The notes under the pieces are model-generated. The model did no database searches. It saw nothing but the letters and a program-made list of their open reading frames with translations, and had not been told where the DNA came from. The position numbers and the translations under genes were made by a program. A stretch of 63,088 nt of DNA, counting the filler. It is 6 parts of 6 records of this genome, joined end to end, with 100 filler letters (N's around TTAATTAATTAA, not from the genome) between each part and the next. Parts side by side here need not be neighbours in the genome. Positions count along the whole stretch, not along the records: positions 11,882 to 25,048 come from SRR31156797_19961; positions 25,149 to 31,859 come from SRR31156797_19963; 4 more parts are not named here. One strand, written 5' to 3'. Below are positions 19,191 to 28,423 of this stretch, piece by piece; position 1 is the first letter of the stretch, and each line of letters starts with the position of its first letter.

Positions 19191-20611
19191 AATACCCCTG
19201 TTTGACGCCAGAACGGTATGGATAAAAGAATGGCCCCAAGCTTCACCAGCACCAGAATTCCATGGAAAATAATCACCTTTTTTTCAGAATAGCTCAGATG
19301 ATCCCGGGTCAGGTTTCTAAAATAAATAATATAGGGAGACTGGTATCCGAAAAAAGCGGTTTCAGACAGCATTAAAATAATAAACCCCACCACCCAGGGA
19401 CTGATTCCGGCCCCGGATGCCAGGGGTAAAAAACCGGCTGAAAGAATTAAAATGGCCGGATTCAGAGGAACGATAAACCGAACCCCAAGGGTGATGCCCG
19501 ACAGGATCAGAACAAATTTACCAAAGTCCAGTCGCATGAATTCCTGAAATCCTTTAAACTGGGCCGTAAGCGCCTGATCCAGCCCCATATGGGTCACCCC
19601 GGCCATAAAACCGATCATCCCGGCCATGAAAAAGAGAAAGGCCCAGTCAATCTTTTCCACAAAGGCCTTTCGGGGCAATACCCCGGTCACCAATAAAAAA
19701 CAGATCACGGCAAAAGAGATAATGGGAATGGAAATCCTGTGGAAGGATACGGTGGCAACGCCTATGGTCAGCAGGGCAATGGCGAAAAATGCCGTCCATT
19801 CGTTCCAGCTCATTTTATTCAGGGCGTTCCACCTTTTTTCAATCTCTGCCTTCTCAATGGCCATCTTCCGGTGCCCTCCAAAATAAAAGGCAGAAAGACC
19901 AAAATAGGAAATTAAAAGAATCCCACCGGCAAATGCGGCTGAAGACATCCAGGACAAGAATTGGAACCCGGCCTGCTCCTGGACCGGCAGCAGGGCAAAG
20001 ACCATGAGATTGGCCGGAGCGGCCGTCAAAAAGACCGGAGACAGAAGATTGATCCCGTCCAGACCGCTTAAATAAAGCATATCAGATGATTTTTTTTTAT
20101 CTGCAGGCCCCAGTTCATCTGAAATATTGTTGAGGATGGGTCCCACCAGGGCCGCCCGGGCCGTTATGGTGGGAACCACCGGATTGAGCAAAAAACCGGT
20201 AAAAAAGACAGCCACCTGGTAGGCAAAGGTATGGGCCGGGATGGCTTTCAAAAGCCAGAGTGTATACCGGTTGGCCAGTCCGGAAGTGGTGATGGCGGCC
20301 CCCAGCCCCATAATACTGAAGGCAATGAGAAATCCGTTTGATGAAAACCCGGACAGGGCCACATGGGTGGGAACCAGGCCAAAGAGCATTAATAAAAGCA
20401 GGGCCAGAAGTGCCGGGATAAAATCCGCCATCAAGGAGAATATCCATGAGACCAGGGCCACACTGATAATGGCAATCATAATGGTCGTATCTGTTGCAAC
20501 GCCCTGGCCTTTTAACCCGAAAAACAGAGCTAGGGGGATCCCGATCACCATCAGCCAGACAAGGGGTTTGTCTGCCGGAAGGGTATCGGTGTTTGCCAAA
20601 GGCCCCGCCAT
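19187..20611 (-). CDS. SLC13/DASS-family anion permease
   Basis: Many TM helices; ALSGFSS, SGLANR, VPTITARAA, FLTAAPAN, KIDW motifs. Confidence 0.82.
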   Translation of the reverse strand: MAGPLANTDTLPADKPLVWLMVIGIPLALFFGLKGQGVATDTTIMIAIISVALVSWIFSLMADFIPALLALLLLMLFGLVPTHVALSGFSSNGFLIAFSIMGLGAAITTSGLANRYTLWLLKAIPAHTFAYQVAVFFTGFLLNPVVPTITARAALVGPILNNISDELGPADKKKSSDMLYLSGLDGINLLSPVFLTAAPANLMVFALLPVQEQAGFQFLSWMSSAAFAGGILLISYFGLSAFYFGGHRKMAIEKAEIEKRWNALNKMSWNEWTAFFAIALLTIGVATVSFHRISIPIISFAVICFLLVTGVLPRKAFVEKIDWAFLFFMAGMIGFMAGVTHMGLDQALTAQFKGFQEFMRLDFGKFVLILSGITLGVRFIVPLNPAILILSAGFLPLASGAGISPWVVGFIILMLSETAFFGYQSPYIIYFRNLTRDHLSYSEKKVIIFHGILVLVKLGAILLSIPFWRQTGVL

Positions 20612-21153
20612 TAAACCTCTCCTTTTTTAATATTCAAAATAGTCACTGCGTTATTGGGCAGATCCATCCGGTTCATATTTTGAATACTGCCGTACCGGAT
20701 TCGGGCAACAAGTCCCCTGATCCAGGCCCCGTGCCCGAATACCAACACCCCTGCACAGGAGGAATACTTTGTGCAAAACTTAGTCGCCCGTTCTTCAAGC
20801 TTGGACAGCGGTTCTCCAAGCTCAAGTAAATCCGGACGATCCGTCCACAGGGGCTGTTCTGCAAGAAGTTCCTTTTTAGGCCTGCCCTCATAGGCTCCGA
20901 AATCAAGTTCATCCGCAAGAGGCTCAATTTCATATGCATACCCGTATAAGTCCGCCGTCATCCAGGTCCGCTTCAAACGGCTGACCAGGACATGGTCATA
21001 GGAACTCACTGCTTCACGGATGATGGCTAAATTGGATTGAATCTGGTCCAGGTCTGAGGCGCCGGGTTCAAGGATAGGGATATCCCTTCTGCCCTGCAAA
21101 ATTTGCCGGGCATTGAAATCCGTTGCCATATGCCTCACCATTACAAGCTTCAC
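20611..21153 (-). CDS. Histidine phosphatase family protein
   Basis: VRHMAT.FN...LQG..D.P, SRLKRT..TA, ELDFGAYEG, VFGHGAWIR. Confidence 0.88.
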   Translation of the reverse strand: MKLVMVRHMATDFNARQILQGRRDIPILEPGASDLDQIQSNLAIIREAVSSYDHVLVSRLKRTWMTADLYGYAYEIEPLADELDFGAYEGRPKKELLAEQPLWTDRPDLLELGEPLSKLEERATKFCTKYSSCAGVLVFGHGAWIRGLVARIRYGSIQNMNRMDLPNNAVTILNIKKGEV

Positions 21154-21162
21154 GGTCTGCCT

Positions 21163-21918
21163 TCAGGAAACATAAAAGGTATCCTCCCTCAGTCCCAGGC
21201 GCTGGGTCTCTAAAAGGAGCAGGTCTCTGGAAAAAACATTTCCTAAATTTACATTGGGGCCAAAAATATTGATGCTCTGGCTCTGGCTTTTTGCCGTGGC
21301 CGCCTCGATGATCAATTTGTCCTGATCCACCTCTTTTTTCATCTGATTGATCAAGGAGGTGTTTAAAAGTCCGTCACTACTGTAGATACCGGCATCTGCC
21401 GTGTTCCGGCCTTCAAGGACCACATAGCTGCTTCCGGCATCCAGGGCATTTTGGATTCTCGGGACCCATTCCTCATCCGGAAAATTATCGACGGTCTCTT
21501 TTTTGCCGACTTCCACCAAAATTTTAAATTCCTGTTTCAGGGCTTTGATCAGGGAAATGATTTCGGGCTGGGCAATATCAATAATCCCCGAAGAAATCTC
21601 AAACCAGCCGATCTCATGGGCATGGAGAAAATCTATATAATCCGAAAGTTTGTCCTGGGAGTAAAATTTTTCAAACAGGGTACCCCCCAAATAAACCGGT
21701 ATCCCGTATTCCCTGAACATGGCTATTTTTTCGGGAAGCTTAGGTTCGATATATGCGGTCCCTATTCCAATTTTTGCCATATCCATAAACCGGGCATAAT
21801 GGTCCAGAATATTTTTCATCTCCCCATTGGAAACCCCGACATCGGTAATGGCAGTCAGGCCTGAACTACGGGGTTTTTCCCGGCGTTCAGGCAATTTGAG
21901 CGTTCTTCCGAGACTCAT
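21163..21918 (-). CDS. comA: Phosphosulfolactate synthase (ComA family)
   Basis: R.EKPR..GLT...D.G, D.AKIG.GT, YLGGTLFE, EIS.G, VEVGKK, LEGR, FGPNVNLGN, LETQRLGLREDTF; start at ATG 21918 or GTG 21945. Confidence 0.87.
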   Translation of the reverse strand: MSLGRTLKLPERREKPRSSGLTAITDVGVSNGEMKNILDHYARFMDMAKIGIGTAYIEPKLPEKIAMFREYGIPVYLGGTLFEKFYSQDKLSDYIDFLHAHEIGWFEISSGIIDIAQPEIISLIKALKQEFKILVEVGKKETVDNFPDEEWVPRIQNALDAGSSYVVLEGRNTADAGIYSSDGLLNTSLINQMKKEVDQDKLIIEAATAKSQSQSINIFGPNVNLGNVFSRDLLLLETQRLGLREDTFYVS

Positions 21919-21952
21919 TTTTGCCTTATTCCTTTTCACTATCAAGCAGCCC

Positions 21953-24235
21953 TTAAACCCTCACAAATAAAAGGGTGATATCATCGGACTGGGGCGCCTG
22001 GCCCACAAAGGCCTGGAGATCCGTGATCAGATTCTGGTTCAAGTCCCTGCCCGAAGCCCCGGCATTCTCTTCTAAAATTCTTTCCAGCCGGTCTTCCCCG
22101 TATTCTTCAAGCTCGATGTTCATGGCTTCGGTAACCCCGTCGGAATAGATGAAAAGGCCTTCGCCCGGTTCCAGACTGGTCTTTTCACATATATAGGGAA
22201 AATCTTCGAATCCACCGATGACAAGGCCGGGCTCAGGGGTGATTTTCCGAATGCCCGGGGGTGAAACAACATAGGGGGGATTATGGCCGGCACTGGTATA
22301 GACAAGCTCCCGGGTATTTTGATTGTAAATGGCCAGAAAAACCGTCACAAACATGCCCTGGTCATTGTCCCGGCTCAGCACATTGTTCACCTTTGTCATT
22401 ATTTGGTCCGGATGGGTAGTGGTTTCCCCGGCCGATCGGATCAGGCTTTTGGCCATGACCATGAAAAGGGCTGCCGGAACCCCCTTATCGGACACGTCCC
22501 CCACCAAAAAGCAGAGATGTTCGTCATCCATGGCAAAGAAATCATATAGGTCTCCGCCCACCTCTTTTGCCGGGGCCAGAAAGGCATGGAGATCTAGATC
22601 GTGTTCTGCACTGAACTTGTCAAAATTGCCGGGAAGCATGCTCATTTGAATCTGCTTGGCCGTTTCAAGTGATTCCTCAATCTTATGTTTTTCTATATTT
22701 TCTATGGACATGGTCACGTTGTTGGCAAAAATATCCAGAAGATCCCGGTCAAGACCGTCTAATGATTTTTCCCCCTCCAGATAAACCACATTCCCGGGAA
22801 ACTGACTGCTCTTAAAAAAGGCCACACCATTTTTCCGACTCACCATGCACTCCTGCTTCTCCGCAGCTTTACGGATCAGCCCGGCGGCGTTTTGGGGAAG
22901 ATTTTCCATGCCTTTTTTATCATCTTCCCATACGGGCATCAGGTCCGCATTCTCCCCTGAATCCTTTGGGTCCGCTGAATAATTTAAAAATAAAAACTTG
23001 CCTTTTACCTGGATCAGCCGGGTCAGATCCTGGGTAATCTGTTCCCGAAACTCCCGGGGCGACTGATAATTTAAAATGGAGGCCCCCGTACTGATAATGG
23101 TTTGAAGCCCTTTTTGCGCACGGATTCTCTTTTTAATATTGAATAAGAGGACAATAATAAAGCAGACCAGCCCCACAAGGATGCAGGCAATGGATATAAA
23201 CAGACGCCTATACTTATAAAATACGGATTCAGGCTCATTGATCAAAATACTGCCCTTGGGAAGGCTATTGAGACTGATGTCCCAGAATTTGAGTTCCCTG
23301 TAGTCAAACATATGGTGATTTGGACTTGCCATCACCACGGGAATAGTGTCCACCTTTCTACCGGCCAATACCCTAAGAACCATTCGAGCTGCGGTTTCTC
23401 CCTGAAAATAACTGGCTTTAAGCATTCCCCCGACAATACCCTGACCCAGCATATAGTCCACGGCTCCGTACAGGGGGACCGGGGATGCGGCTCTGATGGC
23501 CGGAAGGATTTCCTCCGGCGTAAAAGTCCTGCCTGTTTTATCCCTGAAAAAAGACAGGTAAAACAGAACGCTGTCCCCGGGGAGGGATGAAACCTTGTCT
23601 AAAAGCTCATCCATGGATAAATCTTCAAGAAAAATAAAGCGGACAAACTCATTGTGGGGTTCGGCCGCCTTTAGGAATTCTTTTTTTAAAAATGCAGCGG
23701 TGGTCAACCGGTCATTGATCACATAAATGGTTTTGGTGGCCGGATGAAATTTAAGAATCAGCCCCAGATTTGTTTTAAAATCGGCGGTTTCGTTAACCCC
23801 GGTAAAGCCGGAGAACCCTTCCAGTTTGGCAGGGGACACATTGTTGACTCCGCAAAATACAACCGGGACATCCCCAAAAAGGTCATCCCGGTAAAGCTTT
23901 AAAAACCTCAAGGCGTCATCATCTGTGGCGATAACCACATCCGGCCGGATAATACTGTATTTTTTTTCATATACCTTGCGTAAGAGCGCGTAATACTCAG
24001 GAGTATTCAGAACCTTGGCATCCATATATTCCGTCTTGATAACAAGATTTTTATCCCTGGACAATACATCTTCAATCCCCTGAACCTCACTGTCGGTCCA
24101 GGCATACCCCTTGGCGTAGGAATTGATCAGCAGGACATGTTTCTTAGAATTGGCCGCGTGGCAAATCCCCGGCAGCATCCAGCCAAGGCAGAGGATGACA
24201 ATAAAGGCCGCGCCCCATTTGTTTTGATTTCTCAT
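21953..24235 (-). CDS. Periplasmic-sensor (ABC_sub_bind-like) / SpoIIE PP2C phosphatase
   Basis: Signal peptide, LINSYAKGYAWT sensor, TM, AKQIQMSMLP, EVGGDLYD, GDVSDKGVPAALFM, SDGVTEA, QSDDITLL. Confidence 0.92.
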   Translation of the reverse strand: MRNQNKWGAAFIVILCLGWMLPGICHAANSKKHVLLINSYAKGYAWTDSEVQGIEDVLSRDKNLVIKTEYMDAKVLNTPEYYALLRKVYEKKYSIIRPDVVIATDDDALRFLKLYRDDLFGDVPVVFCGVNNVSPAKLEGFSGFTGVNETADFKTNLGLILKFHPATKTIYVINDRLTTAAFLKKEFLKAAEPHNEFVRFIFLEDLSMDELLDKVSSLPGDSVLFYLSFFRDKTGRTFTPEEILPAIRAASPVPLYGAVDYMLGQGIVGGMLKASYFQGETAARMVLRVLAGRKVDTIPVVMASPNHHMFDYRELKFWDISLNSLPKGSILINEPESVFYKYRRLFISIACILVGLVCFIIVLLFNIKKRIRAQKGLQTIISTGASILNYQSPREFREQITQDLTRLIQVKGKFLFLNYSADPKDSGENADLMPVWEDDKKGMENLPQNAAGLIRKAAEKQECMVSRKNGVAFFKSSQFPGNVVYLEGEKSLDGLDRDLLDIFANNVTMSIENIEKHKIEESLETAKQIQMSMLPGNFDKFSAEHDLDLHAFLAPAKEVGGDLYDFFAMDDEHLCFLVGDVSDKGVPAALFMVMAKSLIRSAGETTTHPDQIMTKVNNVLSRDNDQGMFVTVFLAIYNQNTRELVYTSAGHNPPYVVSPPGIRKITPEPGLVIGGFEDFPYICEKTSLEPGEGLFIYSDGVTEAMNIELEEYGEDRLERILEENAGASGRDLNQNLITDLQAFVGQAPQSDDITLLFVRV

Positions 24236-24257
24236 TGTACACAGCTCCGGAACGATA

Positions 24258-24593
24258 TCAACAGGCATCAACAGCGTCGGCATCCGTTTCAAAGGTTTCC
24301 AAAATAGCGTAGAACCCGGATAATTTTAATACATCCTTTACCGGGCCTGCCAATTGGGATAAAAACAGATCTCTCTTTTTTGATTTCAGTGCTTTAACCG
24401 TGGTGAGAATCACCCGAAGCCCTGCGCTGCTGATGTATTGAAGTTCGCTTAAATTCAACACCAGATTGGAATCGCTCTCCTCCACAACAGCAGCCAGATA
24501 ATCGGCCAGTTCATGGGCATTCACACCGTCAACCCGCCCTTGAGCGCTTACAATGGCCACACCCTTTTCTTCTCTTTTTTTCAATTCCATCAT
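24258..24593 (-). CDS. STAS-domain anti-anti-sigma factor (RsbV/SpoIIAA-like)
   Basis: GRVD..NA, LQYISSAGLRVIL with phospho-acceptor Ser; AGGAG RBS before ATG 24593. Confidence 0.92.
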   Translation of the reverse strand: MMELKKREEKGVAIVSAQGRVDGVNAHELADYLAAVVEESDSNLVLNLSELQYISSAGLRVILTTVKALKSKKRDLFLSQLAGPVKDVLKLSGFYAILETFETDADAVDAC

Positions 24594-24768
24594 TTTCTCC
24601 TGATATATTTTTGTATTCATGCCCGGGGCGAACTATCACCTGGCATATTGTAAAAATTCTGACCCAAAGGGCCAGGCTTTGGGTTACCCCTATAAGGGGC
24701 TTAGTTTGCCTTGCCCCCTGAGGAGGCAAGGATGGTTGCCCCAATAGATATTATGGTTGCCAAGTAAA

Positions 24769-24959
24769 AAGACCTGTCTTTTTTGCAAACGTGGATTAAA
24801 TTGTGATAGTCGCAACACAATTCAGAGCTATAAACAAAAGGGAGGCAGGTCTTGAACAAAACAGTAAAATATATTGGATTGGATGTCCATAAAAATTCTA
24901 TCGCTATTGTAGTTGCAAAAGAGGGACAAAAAAAGCAGAATCCATGCAAAAAATATTGA
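24769..24959 (+). mobile_element. IS110-family remnant: upstream non-coding end plus truncated transposase N-terminus (ORF 24852-24959)
   Basis: GGGAGG RBS, TTG start, MNKTVKYIGLDVHKNSIAIVVAKEG (IS110 DEDD N-terminal motif), stop after 35 aa; upstream AAGACCTGTC pairs with GGCAGGTCTT. Confidence 0.65.
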
Positions 24960-25048
24960 CAATTTTAATATTATAGAGAATAGTCCAGGCTGTTTTCAGG
25001 TGCCAGTAGAGCTTAAAAGGGAACCCTGTGAGAATCAGGGACGGGCCC

Positions 25049-25148
25049 NNNNNNNNNNNNNNNNNNNNNNNNNNNNNNNNNNNNNNNNNNNNTTAATTAA
25101 TTAANNNNNNNNNNNNNNNNNNNNNNNNNNNNNNNNNNNNNNNNNNNN
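25049..25148. other. Artificial contig spacer
   Basis: N44-TTAATTAATTAA-N44. Confidence 0.98.
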
Positions 25149-25149
25149 C

Positions 25150-26343
25150 ACCGAGTTTTTTGAAGAGGAAAAGAAAAAAATAAGTCTGGAAATAGATATT
25201 CTTGAAAAGAAAATCAGCGATTTTAAGAAAGAACATATTGGCGAGCTTCCTGAGTATAATATCATAAATCAACAGGCGCTCGACCGATTCCAGCGTGATA
25301 TCGACCAGATTTCGTTGCAGGTAAGGACGCTTAAGGAAAGAAAGGTCTACCTTGAAGCTCAACTGGCGGCCATGGGTTCTCATTACACCGTCTCAACCGG
25401 ATACGGACCGGAAGCTCAACAATTGCTGAAGCTGAAAAACAAATTGAATGCTCTTAAAGCAAACCGATCCGACAAGCATCCGGATGTAGTTGAATTAAAA
25501 AAACAAATAAGCCAGTTGGAGTCTACGGGAACTCGGGCGGGCAGTTCGGTTTCCGCCAAGTTAAAAAAACTTCAACAACTTGAATCCGAGTTGGCTACGC
25601 TTCAAACTAAATATGGACCGAAACACCCCGACGTTAAGAAAAAGAAACGGGAAGTAGAAGCGGCCCGCAAGGATGCCGGACGTTCTTCCAGAAGGTCTTC
25701 AGGCAGTCGTAAGGTTGTCAATCCCGCCTTTATAAATCTCAAGACCCAGTTGGACGCCACTGTTCTGGAAATCCATGCTCTGGAAAGAGAAAAGGAAGCG
25801 ATAAAAGAAAAAATAGAAGCCTATCAGAAAAGGATAGAGAAGGCGCCTTTAATAGAAAGAGAATATACCGGATTATTGAGGAACTATGAGACGGCCCGAG
25901 CCAAATACGCCCGAACAACGGCTAAACTCATAGAAGCGCAGGAAGCCCTTAGCATGGAAGAAGAGCAGAAGGGTGAACGATTCACCATAATTGAACCAGC
26001 GATATTGCCGACCAAACCGCATAAGCCGAATCGGCCGGTTATAGTAATAATCGGCCTGGTGTTGGCATTGGGGGCCGGAGCCAGTTATGCCGGTGCAAGA
26101 GAGGCGCTCGACAGTTCAATCAAATCCGAGACGGAACTCGCCCATATGACCGGTCTGCCGTTATTATCTGTTGTGCCCATAATGGAAAATGAAGGCGCCA
26201 AACGCAGAAACACTCTTAAATGGGTCGTTTTAGGCGGTTTAATAGTCATTGCACTTGCATCAGCATTGATCTTAACTCACTTTTTCGTAATGCCCTTGGA
26301 TATTCTTTGGATAAAGATTCAAAAGAAGATTATGTTTTTCTAA
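25150..26343 (+). CDS. Polysaccharide chain-length determinant (GumC/Wzc-like), 5'-truncated
   Basis: Open frame from the contig edge (TEFFEEE...GELPEY); coiled coils with two HPDV motifs; GERFTIIEPAILPTKPHKPNR followed by TM. Confidence 0.87.
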   Translation, partial: TEFFEEEKKKISLEIDILEKKISDFKKEHIGELPEYNIINQQALDRFQRDIDQISLQVRTLKERKVYLEAQLAAMGSHYTVSTGYGPEAQQLLKLKNKLNALKANRSDKHPDVVELKKQISQLESTGTRAGSSVSAKLKKLQQLESELATLQTKYGPKHPDVKKKKREVEAARKDAGRSSRRSSGSRKVVNPAFINLKTQLDATVLEIHALEREKEAIKEKIEAYQKRIEKAPLIEREYTGLLRNYETARAKYARTTAKLIEAQEALSMEEEQKGERFTIIEPAILPTKPHKPNRPVIVIIGLVLALGAGASYAGAREALDSSIKSETELAHMTGLPLLSVVPIMENEGAKRRNTLKWVVLGGLIVIALASALILTHFFVMPLDILWIKIQKKIMFF

Positions 26344-26413
26344 ACTGGCGAGACTAATAAATAAACGAATTAAATACAACGATATTAATCGGTCAATTTT
26401 TTTGAGGACTTGA

Positions 26414-27265
26414 ATGAGTAAATTAAAAAAGGCCCTGGAAAGAGCGAAAAAAGATAGGGATTTAATAGGGGACGCGAATGGAGAGAGCATTCATACCATT
26501 CCCGGTAAAACGGCCGCAGTCGGGGCGGATGATGCTTTACGCGTTGATGGTAAAACGGAGGAGCCGCCGCAGGAATCTGTCAGCCCTAAATACCTTAAGA
26601 CGCGGGTAGTCAATCTTGACCAGGAGCTGATAAGAAAGAATAAAATAATATCCTTATACGGTCATGACCAAACATCGGATCAAATCAAGATCTTACGAAC
26701 CCAGGTTCTGGAAAAAATGAAAGAAAGGGGCGGCAACAGCCTTTTGATAACCAGCTGCAATCCCGGCGAAGGCAAGACGCTTACCGCAATCAATCTCGCC
26801 GTCAGTATTGCCCAGGAAGTCAACAGGACCACGCTTTTAGTGGACGCCGACCTGCGTAAACCGTCTATTCAGCATATGTTGGGTTTTGACGGCGAATTGG
26901 GATTATCCGACTATCTATTAGGAAATGCCGAACTTGAAAGCCTATTTGTAAATCCGGGTATTGAAAAATTGACTATTTTGCCCGCGGGCAGACCAATACC
27001 GGATTCCACTGAATTGCTCGGCGCTCCGAAAATGGAATCGCTTGTCAAGGAGCTAAAGAGCAGGTACAAGGACAGATTTGTAATTTTTGACACAACATCA
27101 CTTCTTACCAGGGCCGATCCCATCGTATTTTCCCACCACATTGACGGCATCATCCTGATAGTAGAAGCAGAACGCACAACAGCTCCTCAGTTAAAAAGAA
27201 CAATGGAGTTGCTGAAGGATAAACCTATTATCGGGACTTTATTCAATAAAGCCAGGAAGCTTTAA
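26414..27265 (+). CDS. Polysaccharide biosynthesis tyrosine-kinase-family protein (CpsD/CapB-like)
   Basis: ITSCNPGEGKT, LLVDADLRKP, GLSDYL, RFVIFDT; no C-terminal Tyr cluster visible. Confidence 0.87.
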   Translation: MSKLKKALERAKKDRDLIGDANGESIHTIPGKTAAVGADDALRVDGKTEEPPQESVSPKYLKTRVVNLDQELIRKNKIISLYGHDQTSDQIKILRTQVLEKMKERGGNSLLITSCNPGEGKTLTAINLAVSIAQEVNRTTLLVDADLRKPSIQHMLGFDGELGLSDYLLGNAELESLFVNPGIEKLTILPAGRPIPDSTELLGAPKMESLVKELKSRYKDRFVIFDTTSLLTRADPIVFSHHIDGIILIVEAERTTAPQLKRTMELLKDKPIIGTLFNKARKL

Positions 27266-27274
27266 TTAAAAGCC

Positions 27275-28423
27275 ATGTATGAATCATTCTACGGCCTGGA
27301 AGAAAAGCCGTTTAACCTATTGCCGGACCCTCATTATCTTTACATGAGCGACGGGCACGAGAATGCCTTTTCTCATCTCGAATACGCTATAACCGAGAAC
27401 AAGGGATTTGTTGTAATTACCGGGGAAATAGGTTCCGGCAAAACAACCCTGATAAATTTCCTTCTGCAAAAAGTTCCGCAGGATGTACACATCGGCATAA
27501 TAAACAATACCGATATAACACCTCTGCAACTTTTAAAAATGTGTTGTCAGGAATTCGAACTCGAAACGGCGGGCAAGGATAAGGCCGAATTACTAGAGGA
27601 TTTCAACCAGTTCCTGTTGGAACAATATGCCAACAACAACAGGGTTGTGCTGATAATTGACGAAGCCCAAAATCTGCCGAGAAAAACCATTGAAGAAATC
27701 AGGATGCTTTCCAACCTCGAGGGCGAAAAGGAGCATCTGCTGCAGATAATTCTTGTAGGTCAACCGGAGCTCAGAGCCAAATTGCAGGCCAAGGGGCTGG
27801 AACAGCTCGTCCAGCGCGTGACCGTGCACAGTCACCTTGATGGGCTGAATTCCGATGACGTGGTCAAATATATAAGGCATCGGCTTAAAATCGCCGGTGC
27901 GAACAACTATAACATATTTGACAAGGACGCCATGGAAGCCATCCATTATTTCTCCAAGGGCATTCCGCGTTTGATCAACATTCTTTGCGACACTTCCCTG
28001 GTTTTCGGTTATGCAGATGATAAAAGGATTGTAGATAGGGCTGTGATTCAGAGCGTTGTCGACACCAGACAGATAGGCGGATTGATATCGGAAAAGGAAG
28101 AGGAGGAGGAGGAGCCGCCGTCTGAGCAGCCTGCCGCTGTTATAAATAATGAAGTCTACCAGCAGGTTCAAAAGAGATTGGATTCATTTGAGAGACGAAT
28201 GAATTTGATTGAAAAAATCATCGCCAACCTGGAAAGAAAATTAAATCTGAGGCTTAATAAGCAAGAAAAACGTGACTATTTGGTTTTGGAACTTGTAAAG
28301 ATGCTTAAAGACAGTATGAAAGGCCGGCAAAGAGCCATAACAAAGTATTGGGAGTTACGAAAGGCACTGGAGCCGGAAGCCAAAACAACCGGAATCTTTT
28401 CAAGGTTGAAAGGAAAGGAGTAA
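27275..28423 (+). CDS. ExeA-like AAA ATPase (XrtA/PEP-CTERM-associated type)
   Basis: MYESFYGLEEKPFNLLPDP, GEIGSGKTT, IIDEAQNL, LVGQPEL, GIPRLINILCD. Confidence 0.88.
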   Translation: MYESFYGLEEKPFNLLPDPHYLYMSDGHENAFSHLEYAITENKGFVVITGEIGSGKTTLINFLLQKVPQDVHIGIINNTDITPLQLLKMCCQEFELETAGKDKAELLEDFNQFLLEQYANNNRVVLIIDEAQNLPRKTIEEIRMLSNLEGEKEHLLQIILVGQPELRAKLQAKGLEQLVQRVTVHSHLDGLNSDDVVKYIRHRLKIAGANNYNIFDKDAMEAIHYFSKGIPRLINILCDTSLVFGYADDKRIVDRAVIQSVVDTRQIGGLISEKEEEEEEPPSEQPAAVINNEVYQQVQKRLDSFERRMNLIEKIIANLERKLNLRLNKQEKRDYLVLELVKMLKDSMKGRQRAITKYWELRKALEPEAKTTGIFSRLKGKE

